A stretch of DNA of 64,000 nt from Macrostomum lignano (lineage: Eukaryota): assembly GCA_002269645.1 (NCBI GenBank), contig NIVC01001753.1, forward strand, positions 1-64,000. The letters are read 5' to 3'. Positions 42,059 through 54,168 of the stretch are shown here, piece after piece. Below the pieces are notes generated by a model. The model was given only the letters and a program-made list of their open reading frames with translations, had not been told where the DNA came from and ran no database searches. The translations under genes and the position numbers were made by a program. Within the stretch, counting starts at the first letter, position 1. Every line of letters begins with the position of its first letter.

Positions 42059-45000
42059 ATGGACAGCAGCCTACGCGGCAGAGAATTCCACTGTAGAGAG
42101 TGGGTATTCGACAAGCTCTTAGGCTACGTGAACGCCGGCCAGACTCCAGCACATCCTGGCGTCGTGTTGCTAGGCGAGAGCGGCTGCGGCAAAACCGCTT
42201 TGATGACTGAACTAATCTGGCCTACAGCTAGCCAAGCCAGCCCGGACGCCCGGCATCGGCTTCGCTCTCACGTGCTGGCTTATTATTTCTGCTCGCAGTT
42301 GTACAGCCACAGCCTGCGGCTCAGCCACTTCCTGTTCTCGCTGCGCCAGCAGATCGTCAAGCACCCGGAGGTCGGGCCGGCCTATGAGCAGCTGCTCCGG
42401 CGAACTGGCGGCGTTGAATTGTTCACCTATCGCTGTATGAACGACTCGCCAGACAGGGTGTTCGCTGAAGGCTTGCTGAAGCCTCTGCTGGCTTTGCAGC
42501 CGCCAGCCAGGCACTATCTGCTGCTGGTTGACGGTCTGGACGAGACTCGAACTCCGGACAAAGCGGCCGCGGCGGCTGCTGCCGCCGCTTCGGCGCCGTC
42601 GCGTAAGCAGCTGCAGCGAAGCGGCGGATCCACGGCGGCGGCCGCAGCACCGGCTGGGCCAAGCGGCTGCGTGTTCGACCTGCTGGCTCGGCATCAGCGC
42701 AGCCTGCCAGCCTGGCTGGTGCTCGTGTGCTCCTCCCGGCGCGATGACCGCCGGCTTAGCCGGGCCTTTGCCGGCTTCTCCAAGCTCCAGCTCACCGATG
42801 CCAGGAAGCCGCAGGTAGGGATTGGCTGTTGGGCTGGGTTGATTGGCATTCTGGCTGTCCGCTTCTGCATAGGATTACTGTCCGATTCTATTTAGGATTC
42901 ATGTCTGGTCCTAAGTGGGAGATTTATGTCTGGTCCTAATTGGGAGATTCATGTCCGGTCCTAGTTGAGAGATTTATGTCCGGTCCTAGTTGAGAGATTT
43001 ATGTCCGATCCTAGTTGAGAGATTCATGTCCGGTCCTAGTTGAGAGATTTATGTCCGGTCCTAGTTGGGAGATTCATGTCCGGTCCTAGTTGAGAGATTT
43101 ATGTCCGGTCCTAGTTGAGAGATTCATGTCCGGTCCTAGTTGAGAGATTCATGTCCGGTCCTAGTTGAGAGATTTATGTCCGGTCCTAGTTGAGAGATTC
43201 ATGTCCGGTCCTAGTTGAGAGATTTATGTCCGGTCCTAGTTGAGATATTTATGTCCGGTCCTAGTTGGGAGATTCATGTCCGGTCCTAGTTGAGAGATTC
43301 ATGTCCGGTCCTAGTTGAGAGATTTATGTCCGGTCCTAGTTGAGAGATTTATGTCCGGTCCTAGTTGAGAGATTCATGTCCGGTCCTAGTTGAGAGATTT
43401 ATGTCCGGTCCTAGTTGAGAGATTTATGTCCGGTCCTAGTTGGGAGATGTATGTCTGGTCCTAGTTGGGAGATGTATGTCCGGTCCTAGTTGGGAGATTT
43501 ATGTCCGGTCCTAGGTGGAGGATTTATGTCCGGTCCTAGTTGGGAGGTTTATGTCCGGTCCTAGTTGGGAGGTTTATGTCCGGTTCTATAGTTAGAATTA
43601 CTGTCCGGTTCTATAGTTAGAATTACTGTCTGGTTCTAAAGTTACGATCACAGTCCAGTTTTATAGTTGTCATTCGGGATGTTAAGTTAGGATTTCTAAG
43701 TTTTCCAGGTTTTCACGCTAAAAAACTCTGATTTTATTGCTGTCATCAATAAATCGAAGGTCCTCCGAGATGTTCAGCAGTTCATCCTGTGGCGCCTGGA
43801 TTCCAATGAGCAACTGCGCCAGCACCTCAACAGAGAGACCGCCTGCCTGCTTAACCAGCTGCACATCAAAGGCAACGCCTGCTTTGCCTATCTAGAGCTA
43901 GTGCTAGACGCCGTAGCTCAGGGTACCGTCCAGCTGTCCGAGGTTGCCCAGATGCCCGGCACCTTAGCCGGCGTGTTCCTCTATTTATTCCAGCGATTGT
44001 TCTCAACCGATCCGGAGCTGTGGCAGCTGGCCAGGTGCCTGCTGGCGCTGCTGCTGGCGCTGGGCGAGCCGGCGCCAGTTCGGCTGGCCTATCAGGCTGT
44101 CAGCGTGCAGAATCCCGGCCTCAGCTTTGCCCGATTCGCTGCCCAGGTTGCCCGGCTCAGGCTGCTGCTCAGGGCTACGCCGGACAGGTGAGTATAGTAG
44201 AGTTGGCATTATCCTGCAACCAGCGCTGAGGCAGTTCTGCCCATTCCACTGTACGCATTCACGCACTCACAGACACGCTCACACAGGGTGTACAGTGGCC
44301 CTTTGACTTTCTAATCGTCAGGCATGTACACTCTCTGTGCCTTGGTGGTTGGCCCTCATAGGTGTTGCATCGCACAAAATTTACCTGGGGTCTTGGCGCG
44401 ATAGTCAGATGTGATTATCGCTGAGGGCTCTGCCCTAAGACAAGGGGGAGAGCTGAAGGACAGGGAAAGATCTGAAGGACACGGGGAAAAGCTAAGGACA
44501 GGGAGAGAGCTGAAGGACAAGAGAGAGAGCTGAAGGACAGGGAGAGAGCTGAAGGACAGGGAGAGAGCTGAAAGACAGGGGGAAGAGCTGAAGGACAGGG
44601 GGAGAGCTGAAGGACAGGGGGAGAGCTGAAGGACAGGGAGAGAGCTGAAGGACAGGGGGAGTGATGAAGAACTTGCGCTAATCGAGCTTAGCCGCTCGCG
44701 CCAATCCCATCAGGTGCCTGGTGCTGGCGCACAACGCCCTATCGGACTGGCTGCAGGATGCCAAGTACTGCACGCCAGCCTATCTGGTTAGCCAGCGGCT
44801 TGGCCACTGCTTGCTGGCCGCTCACTGCCTCTGCTACTGGCGCCAGCCTCCGTCCGCTCCGGCCGAGCGAGCCGCTATGCTGCGAGACTTCGCCCGCTCC
44901 CTTCTAGCCGCCGGTTGCGGTTTGCAGCCTGAGCATCTGTTGCTGCTCACCCTGCTGCTACTGCGCCGCTGGTCCTGCGGTCCCAGGCTATTATTGAGAA

Positions 45001-48000
45001 TACGCGATCCGCCCGAGCTGCGCCTGATGGCCATTGCTCTGTTAAACTGGGACGAAGCTGTTGAACAGGAGGCCGCCTCTGTTGCCGCCTCGGCTAATCG
45101 GCCAATTGAACCGGCCGACACTCAGCTGTCCCTGGAGGACGAGGCCGTCGATGGCGACGACGGAGGCGGCTGCTCCGGATCGACTACGCCGCTAATGCTG
45201 GCCGCCTATGCCGGAGATTTGGCTACTATTGACAGGCTGCTGGCCGGGCCCAATTCTCAGGTTTGAATTTGTTAATTTCAATCTACTGTTAGTACTGTAG
45301 CTGCTAATTAGATGACGAGGCATTTGCTTATGAATATACAGTTAAAGTTACTACCGCTGTTTACCCGCCGTTCTTTAGTTGAACCGACGCGACTCCGGCG
45401 GCTACTCAGCCCTCGATTGGGCCCTGCTAGGCGGCCGGGCCGACGCCGTCACCCTGCTGTTGTCGCACGGCGCCAAGCCCGACGGTCCGCCTGGCTGCTG
45501 GGTGGCCCTGCCGCTGGCTTTGGCACTCGGCCGGCCGGATTTAGTCACCCTGCTGTTGAGCGCCGGCGCCGATCTTGACCGGGTGGACTCGGACGGTCGG
45601 ACAGCTTTGATGTTGGCCACGGCGCGCGGCCAATCGGAGCTGATCGGCCTGCTGCTGGACACCGGAGCTCGGGTTGATGCCCGAGACAATGGCGGCCGAT
45701 CGGCCCTGCTGTTGGCTGCCCTGTGCCTGCACGAGCCAATCAGCGTCGCCGCTATACAGCGACTGCTCGATGCGGGCGCCGATATTAACTTGGCCGACGC
45801 CGACGGCCGGACAGCCCTCATACACGCTTGCCTGGCTAAACGGCACGAGCTGATGGACTTCCTGCTGGATTCCGATGCGGATGTTGACAGGTGTGTGGAT
45901 CTGGGGGACTCTAGTTCTCTGTGTACTTTTGGTCATCGGGCTTACCCTCTTTATCGTATAGCTAATGTAGATTAGGCTCCTTACCGATCATCCTAACAGT
46001 AGCTTATGTTCCTGTCTAACAGGTTATGTTCCTGTCTAACAGGTTATGTTCCTGTCTAACAGGTTATGTTCCTGTCTAACAGGTTATGTTCCTGTCTAAC
46101 AGGTTATGTTCCTGTCTAACAGGTTATGTTCCTGTCTAACAGGTTATGTTCCTGTCTAACAGGTTATGTTCCTGTCTAACAGGTTATGGTCCTGTCTAAC
46201 AGGTTATGGTCCTGTCTAACAGGTTATGTCCTGTCTAACAGGTTATGTTCCTGTCTAACAGGTTATGTTCCTGTCTAACAGGTTATGTTCCTGTCTAACA
46301 GGTTATGTTCCTGTCTAACAGGTTATGGTCCTGTCTAACAGGTTATGGTCCTGTCTAACAGGTTATGGTCCTGTCTAACAGGTTATGTTCCTGTCTAACA
46401 GGTTATGTTCCTGTCTAACAGGTTATGTTCCTGTCTAACAGGTTATGGTCCTGTCTAACAGGTTATGGTCCTGTCTAACAGGTTATGTTCCTGTCTAACA
46501 GGTTATGTTCCTGTCTAACAGGTTATGTTCCTGTCTAACAGGTTATGGTCCTGTCTAACAGGTTATGTTCCTGTCTTCACTTTGCGATGCACATGTACAC
46601 TTCTCATTCTCTCTGATTGGCGCCCATCCTCAGATGCGACCGCGACGGTATTAGCGCTCTGCTGGTGTCCTCCCGACTCGGCGACTTTCGCGCAGTTCAA
46701 GCCCTGCTCTTCTTTAACGCCAATCCGCACCAGCTGGACAGGCACGGCCGCTCCGCCCTGTCTCTGGCCGCTGTCTCCGGCCAGTCAGCCGTGGTGGAAG
46801 CACTTCTGGCTCGCGGCCTCGACGAGGGCCACGCCGACAATGCCGGCTTGACTGTGCTGCACCATGCCGCCGGAGCCGGACACGCCGACGTCTGCCAGCT
46901 GCTGTTGGGTAGGTTGCCGGATATATTGGGTAGGTTACCGGCTGTATTGGGTAGGTTGCCGGCTGTATTGGGTAGGTTGCCGGCTGTTTTGGGTAGGTTA
47001 CCGGCTGTATTGGGTAGGTTACCGGCTGTATTGGGTAGGTTGCCGGCTGTATTGGGTAGGTTGCCGGCTGTATTGGGTAGGTTACCGGCTGTATTGGGTA
47101 GGTTACCGGCTGTATTGGGTAGGTTGCCGGCTGTATTGGGTAGGTTGCCGGCTGTATTGGGTAGGTTGCCGGCTGTATTGGGTAGGTTACCGGCTGTATT
47201 GGGTAGGTTACCGGCTGTATTGGGTAGGTTGCCGGCTGTATTGTGTAGGTTGCCAGTGGCAATGATTCGGTAGTTTCAAACCTGCTCTTTTCCTACCCTC
47301 TTTCACAGGCAACGGCGCGGCCACTCGCTCCCAGGACTCGGCCGGCCGGACGCCCCTCCTGTTGGCCGTCCTGTCCGGCCAAGCCGAAGTGGCGGCCCTC
47401 CTGGCCGAGACCGACCGGTTGGCCGCCGGGATTCCCGGACACGACGAGGACGGCTTAACTCCGCTGCTGGCCGCCTTCCAGCTTGGCCGGCCGGACCTCC
47501 TCGAGCTGCTGCTGTCCCGCGGTGCCGATCCCAACATGACCGACCGGGCCGGCCGATCCCTGCTGTACCTGGCCGCGGCCGCCTCGGAGGGTGGGTGCAG
47601 CTTAGCCAGCCTGCTGCTGGATTGCGGCGCCTCGTCAAACCTGGCCGACGAGCAGGGCCGGACACCGCTGCACGTTGCTGCCTGGCTTGGCCGGGCCGAA
47701 GCAGCCGGCCTGTTGATCAGCCGGGGCGCCGACGTCAACGCCAAGGACGCCGACGGTGGCAGTGCGTTGAGCGCCGCCGCCTGGCAGGGACAGGTGAGGC
47801 GTCAAATTAAAATGAATGTCAGATCGAATGACCTGTAGCTATGAACGATTTAAATGACCTGTAGCTATGACCGATTTGAATGACCTGTAGCTATGACCGA
47901 TTTGAATGACCTGTAGCTATGACCGATTTGAATGACCTGTAGCTATGACCGATTTGAATGACCTGTAGCTATGACCGATTTGAATGACCTGTAGCTATGA

Positions 48001-49668
48001 CCGATTTGAATGACCTGTAGCTATGACCGATTTGAATGACCTGTAGCTATGACCGATTTGAATGACCTGTAGCTATGACCGATTTGAATGACCTGTAGCT
48101 ATGACCGATTTGAATGACCTGTAGCTATGACCGATTTGAATGACCTGTAGCTATGACCGATTTGAATGACCTGTAGCTATGACCGATTTGAATGACCTGT
48201 AGCTATGACCGATTTGAATGACCTGTAGCTATGACCGATTTGAATGACCTGTAGCTATGACCGATTTGAATGACCTATAGCTATGACCGATTTGAATGAC
48301 CTGTAGCTATGACCGATTTGAATGACCTGTAGCTATGACCGATTTGAATGACCTGTAGCTACGACCGACAGAATAAACAGCTATGACTCCATGGGGGGCC
48401 GTAGCCCAGCGGTAGCGCAGCTGCTCTGGTGTGCCAGCGACCCAGGCTCGATTCCAAGTGCAGTCACATTAATTTGGGGCTGAATTGGAATCTCGGCTTG
48501 GCTCTGCTCGTGCAATTAACGGCCTTGAGAGCCAACCCCCCAAGGCGCAGTGAAGTGTAGTACATACCTAACGATAATATAAAGTTAGGGCCGCTGTACA
48601 CTCCTGTGTGAGTGTGTGCCTGCGTACGTATCCGCGCGCTTGTATGCCTGCTCAGGGGAGTCGGCGGAATGGGCAGTAATGCCTCTCGCCGGTTGTGTGC
48701 CTATGTCGCTTAAAGTGCGCCAGGGTGCACACAGCCCCCCTGCCTCTAATAAAAAAACAGCTATGACTCCATATCGATGGCCTATAAAATTATCATGGGT
48801 TATTAACAAGTTATAACTGGTTAGGAAATAACCTTTGCATATGAGTCTATGACCGGTCTACTGACCGCAGCTATAAAAGTGACAATTACAAACGCACCTG
48901 TCAATCAAGGCTCACCTGTGCCAGCTGCTGCTAGCCAACGGCGCTGAAGTGGACTCAGTCTGCCGGCAGGGCGCCACGCCGCTGTGCATCGCCGCACAGG
49001 AGGGCCACCTGGCCGTCTGCCAAGTCCTGCTGGACGCCGGCGCCCGCGCCAACCACGTTGACAGAATCGGCCGGACCCCGTATCGGGTGGCCGTGAAATG
49101 CGGACACCGTCAGGTGGCCGAGCTGCTTCTGGCCCGTGGCGCCTCGCCGGGCGTCGCCTCATCTAGCAGCAACGGCGGCGGCGGTGGCGGCAGCGGCAGC
49201 GGTGCCACAGGCGGCAGCGGCGGCTCCGGCGGCTCCTCCGGCGGCGGCGGTTCGGGCTTCACTCGAATCACTCCTATACAGGGGGGTACGTTCAACAGTC
49301 AGCACCAGCTGTACCAGCATCATCAGTATCCGCATCATCGCGAGCTGCATCAGTTCCAGCAGCAGCAGCAACAGCCGCCAAGATCGAAGCCGACTCTGCA
49401 ACTAATACTTAACAATGGCGCCACAGTGATCAATGCCAACGCGTCCGATTTGTCCAACTCGTCGCCCGAGGAAGCGGCTTCCGCTGCGGCCGGTTCCGCC
49501 GTATCCGCAATCGGCAGGGGCGCCTCGCGTCGGAATGGCGACAAGCGGCGGCGAGCTGCAGTGGCGGCGGCGGCGGCCCAGCGGCAGGCGGAGGACGAGC
49601 TGCTTGCCCGGCGGGCGGCGGCCGGCATCCGCCTGCAGAGCGGCGATCGAAAAGAGACGGCGTTCTGA
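42059..49668 (+). CDS. ANKRD50: Ankyrin repeat domain-containing protein 50 (P-loop NTPase/NACHT-like plus ankyrin repeats); exons 42059-42814, 43760-44187, 44714-45260, 45379-45890, 46634-46908, 47309-47793, 48910-49668
   Basis: FHCREWVF, Walker [18 protein letters not shown], Walker [20 protein letters not shown]...[23 protein letters not shown], then many TPL/ALxxA ankyrin repeats. Phase-consistent GT/AG junctions. Confidence 0.88.
42898..43590. repeat. 25-bp intronic minisatellite ATGTCCGGTCCTAGTTGAGAGATTT
   Basis: Read directly; ANKRD50 intron 1. Confidence 0.95.
44450..44660. repeat. ~19-bp purine-rich repeat GAGAGAGCTGAAGGACAGG
   Basis: Read directly; ANKRD50 intron 2. Confidence 0.9.
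46007..46577. repeat. 20-bp intronic minisatellite GTTCCTGTCTAACAGGTTAT
   Basis: Read directly; ANKRD50 intron 4. Confidence 0.96.
46903..47252. repeat. 21-bp minisatellite TATTGGGTAGGTTGCCGGCTG spanning the exon 5 donor site
   Basis: The first unit overlaps the exon end (TTGG/GTAGGT). Confidence 0.95.
47824..48368. repeat. 26-bp intronic minisatellite GAATGACCTGTAGCTATGACCGATTT
   Basis: Read directly; ANKRD50 intron 6. Confidence 0.96.
48394..48570 (+). mobile_element. tRNA-derived SINE (second family)
   Basis: GGGGGCCGTAGCCCAGCGG (A box) and GGCTCGATTCC (B box), followed by a non-tRNA body. Confidence 0.55.
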
Positions 49669-50267
49669 TCGATCGGATGAAGGAATCTCCCAATTTTGAT
49701 TGCATAAATTGCATGCCCTTTTTTGCTGTGCAAGCTACCGCTGCCAACACTATGATTATTATATTACTATTATTATTAGTATTATTATATCGTTTAAACT
49801 AAGTAATCTTTCATTAAACATGCTTTTTAGCGTCCTTTTGTTAAGGTGTTTCCCGGGTTTTGGATAGTAATGCACTACTAACGCCAAGGATCACTTAGTA
49901 GCAATACGCTAATAAAACAGTAAAATTTTGTTTATAAATCTGCGCCATCAATAATTAACTTTGCACAGCTTAATCAATGAATTCTTTATAATCATTGACG
50001 TTTAATGGTGTGCAATTTTTGTCATGCATTTCTCATCGATTTGATCGTTTTAATAATGATTAAATATTAAATTTTGGTAGATTTTCGTCTCTATTAGCGT
50101 TTGTTACTGTGCAATAAAAATTATATTTCAGAAAAAGTTTTTTGTATTAGTCATGCCAACTGTTGATAGCACCGGAGTGTTTCTTAGAAAGCTTTTGAAG
50201 GAATTGTTGAAGTCATTGTGGAATCTGCGTTGATTTGTTTTGTTTTTCCACAGATACTAAAATAACT

Positions 50268-50490
50268 AGAAGGGCCACTCAGGCATATATACTTAGCAAA
50301 ACGCTTTCTACTTTCAGATCAGTAGTAAACAAGAATACATAGGCTATTTTATAAGAATTAAGGCAGCTGAGATGACTTTGCTAAGAGCCAATAACTGAGC
50401 CTTGCCTTTAAAAATACATTAAAATGCTTCTGTTTAACTTACTACTGAACTGAAAGTAGCTTGCACGCAAATTTGCTGAGTGGCCCATCT
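50268..50490. mobile_element. MITE-like element, copy 2
   Basis: Inverted termini AGAAGGGCCACTCAG ... CTGAGTGGCCCATCT, with inner inverted blocks CTACTTTCAG/CTGAAAGTAG. Confidence 0.65.
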
Positions 50491-51004
50491 GGATTTTTCG
50501 TTGTTAAAATTTGAGCCTTCAAATAATCTTCTTTGAAACCAATTATCGTGCAGTTTTTTCATCAAGTTATATTTGTGGATAACTAGTTATTAGATGATAT
50601 TAGAGATGTCACTAAGTCGTGGGTCGCACTCTATTCGATGTTTTTATTAAATATTTTAGATTTTATAATATTTTTAACAGTTATTTGTTTGCTGTCTCCT
50701 CAGCGCTGAGCTTCTTTTCTTTGTTTTTTGGCTTTTTTCTGCTTTTGTTTGATTGCTTTTGTTGCATTGATTGTTCTGAAGCAATAGCTGCAGTTTTTCT
50801 ATAGATTATCATAGATGGGCAACCTGTTTTCAGTTGCACCGCATCGATGACTCTCTAGCAATCTCATTGCTTGCTTTTTGTCTACTGACACCAGTGCGAG
50901 GCTATCCTTGAGTCTCCTGTGCTTATTGAGCATACAGTTAATTGTCTGCTGCTTCTGGTGGATTCACTTTTTGGATCTGTTTGATAGAGTTTTTAAGTAC
51001 AGTA

Positions 51005-51552
51005 TTCTTTAGGGATGAGATTTTGATCGACAGTACTCTCTAGGGGTGAGATTTTGATAGGCAGTATTATCTAGGGGTGAGATTTTGATAGGCAGTATTA
51101 TCTAGGGGTGAGATTTTGATAGGCAGTATTATCTAGGGGTGAGATTTTGATATGCAGTATTCTACAGGGATGAGATTTTGATATGCAGTATTCTACAGGG
51201 ATGAGATTTTGGTAGGCAGTATTCTCTAGTGATGCGATTTTGATAGGCAGTATTATCTAGGGGTGAGATTTTGATATGCAGTATTCTACAGGGATGAGAT
51301 TTTGATATGCAGTATTCTACAGGGATGAGATTTTGGTAGGCAGTATTCTCTAGTGATGCGATTTTGATAGGCAGTATTATCTAGGGGTGAGATTTTGATA
51401 GCAGTATTCTAGTGAGATTTTGATCAGTAGGGATGAGATTTTGGTAGGCAGTATTCTCTAGTGATGCGATTTTGATAGGCAGTATTATCTAGGGGTGAGA
51501 TTTTGATAGTTCAGTATTATCTAGGGGTGAGATTTTGATAGGGGTGAGATTT
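51005..51552. repeat. ~31-bp minisatellite GAGATTTTGATAGGCAGTATTATCTAGGGGT
   Basis: Read directly from the sequence. Confidence 0.93.
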
Positions 51553-52441
51553 TCAGACGCAGTAAGCTCTCTGCATATAGATAAGATTTGGCAAGAGAAG
51601 GAGCAGTACATTAAAAGTCGCTAAATTGCAGATCGCATGTGATAACTTCAAACGTCTTGCTCTGCTGTGTTCTATTCTACCTACTGGGAAGTAGTGAATT
51701 TGTATTCGTCTCTTTTTTGCATCTGTCGTCTTCCCCTGTTCGACTTGCACTTTCTAGAACTGGCCATGTCACGCTGCCTGTCAATTTTGCTATGCTATAA
51801 ATTATCTATATAAGTCGAGAATAATATATTCTAGATCAATTTTAGTGCTATATATTTCGCTATCTTTATTTTGCCGTGCGTTTGCATTATCATGTTTCTT
51901 TTAGTTGCTTTCATTCACAGTCACTGTTATTAAGTTATAAGTATTCAAAATTGAAAAATGGCGGAGACAATATATAAATACGAGTATACGACTTTCTTAC
52001 CGCTGATAACCGATATAAACTCGAAGTTCTGCTGCTTTCAATTCGGTTTTTACTTTTTATCTGAATCAAATATTGCCAATACGAACTACTGTGAGTAGCG
52101 GGCATTGGAATTTTTTGTAAAATTGTAAAAAAAACTTGTAAAATGGATAGTTTTTGGGTTAGGGGTAGGTTCTGGGTAGCATTGGAGTCAAGTTGTGGGT
52201 AGGATCAAGGACTACTAGACTAGCTAGACGTAACAATGGGAAATGGTGGAAATTTTTGGAGGCCGGCTTGATTCTGCACAATGAGCGTATGTGCAATTGA
52301 CAAAGTATTTGCTGGGAGACTTCAGAAAGCTTTATTTTTTATTTATTTTTAGCTTCATAATATCATGTCACTCATATCAAGTCGGTTTGAGTAAAAGTCA
52401 TGTAACAGTTATGACGTTCTCAGTCTGTCAGTATCAGTCAT

Positions 52442-52820
52442 GGGGTAGCCGGGTAGGATTGGGGTAGGTTGGTGTAGGATTGGAGTAAGGGTTGTGGGTA
52501 GGATTAGAGTAAGGGTTGTGGGTAGGGTTAGGGTAAGGGTTGTGGGTAGGATTGGAGTAAGGGTTGTGGGTAGGATTAGAGTAAGGGTTGTGGGTAGGGT
52601 TGGGGTAAGGGTTGTGGGTAGGGTTGGGGTAAGGGTTGTGGGTAGGGTTGGGGTAAGGGTTGTGGGTAGGGTTGGGGTAAGGGTTGTGGGTAGGGTTGGG
52701 GTAAGGGTTGTTGGTTGGGTTGGGGTAAGAGTTTTGGGTAGAGTTGGTGTAGGATTGGGGTAGGGTTGGTGTAGGATTAGGGTAAGGGTTGTGGGTAGAG
52801 TTGGTGTAGGATTAGGTTAA
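52442..52820. repeat. 24-bp G-rich array GGGTAGGGTTGGGGTAAGGGTTGT (G-quadruplex-prone)
   Basis: Four G-tracts per unit; occasional TTAGGG hexamers. Confidence 0.92.
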
Positions 52821-53493
52821 GTTTTGTGAAGGCTGCCAAGCTGACGGATGAACAGCTATTCAAGTTGCCTGCCGATCTGATTGGACCTCACGAATCCACT
52901 TTAATTGTCCTCCAAGTCTGCTTGGCGATAACCTTGGCCTGCATGTCTGCAGAGGCCTTGACCACCACCACATGAGGCAGCGCTTGTGTCGCCATCGAAT
53001 GGCGCACCTGAATGTGCTTTGCGTAAAAATTTTGTGTTGGTCAAGTTGTACATTCCTATCCATTTCATATGCTTTTTCTTAAAATTGTAGGGGAAAACGT
53101 GTATGATTTTCCTTGCATTCGCTATTATGATCATCGTCTCTAAGAATGAAAGCCTATAGCCGGCTTTGGGAAATCCTTTTCTTTTATCGGTCAATGAACC
53201 GGTGTTAGGCTTTCTGTTCACTGTGGTCTTAATTTGTCCAGGGAACATAGCAAAGCAAAATTATTGTCGCATTGCGATAACCTACCCTGGATAATCCAAG
53301 GCACAACAAAATCGGGCTTTGAAATATCCTGGGTCTTGAATTGTCCGGGGTGAATAAAGATTGGGGTGGCAGGTTTGTCAAATTATGTAAATGCGTGGGG
53401 CAGAAGGACACCATTAAGCGAGAATGGGACTGACTCATAATACACCAGTAGAAGGCATGAGGGGGCTTTTGGGACAAAATTTTTCACGTCCTC

Positions 53494-53700
53494 CATAATC
53501 CCAGTAAATCCATCCATATTATCCCCGACAGAAACAGAAAAAAGGGGGGTCGCACTCGCTCACAAAACCTCCTCCATAATCCCATTAAATCCATCCATAT
53601 TATCCCCGACAGAATCAGAAAAAAGGGGGGTCGCACTTGCTCCGAAAACTTCGAACATAATCCCATTAAATCCATCCATATTATCCCTGACAGAATCAGA
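53494..53700. repeat. 81-bp direct repeat (~2.6 copies) in the viral left region
   Basis: CATAATCCCA starts at 53494, 53575 and 53656. Confidence 0.9.
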
Positions 53701-53926
53701 GCAGGTGTCCACTGATACCTGTTATGCTCACTGTGGACACTTGTTATGCTCACTGACACTGAGATAATCCACCAACATCCACCCATAACATCTTCGAAAC
53801 AATCAGAAAATAATCTGCATTCTTCTCCCCACATTCAATCCGCAACGTGCTACCAGATCCCAAAGATTTTAAATCATCAGCGCAGGGTCCTTACCCTTTG
53901 AAAAAAAAAATAATTTCTCAATAAAA

Positions 53927-54124
53927 ATGTTTCCAGTTGTCTCTCCAGGTTCCTATTATACTCAGCCTCATCCATTGTACAAATCCAAGTACCAATGCAA
54001 ACTAGAATGCAGCGAATACATGAGAAAATATTGGCCCAACGTTGATATCAATGTCCCCAATATTAATCTAGCTCTCCAAAGGCATTGTTTCATAAGTAGG
54101 AGTAACCTATGTAAAAGATTATGA
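53927..54124 (+). CDS. Small viral hypothetical protein (65 aa, Cys-containing)
   Basis: ATG in an ATAAAAATG context like the other viral ORFs; converges on the minor capsid gene. Confidence 0.4.
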   Translation: MFPVVSPGSYYTQPHPLYKSKYQCKLECSEYMRKYWPNVDINVPNINLALQRHCFISRSNLCKRL

Positions 54125-54168
54125 CAGCTACTATAACTTTGCAGAAATCATTAGGCAATTGTGATTTC

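Noticed and set aside
52820-52900. Polinton terminal inverted repeat at the left end
   Set aside because: No AG/AGT-repeat terminus or TSD was recognised, and the partner end is outside the window.
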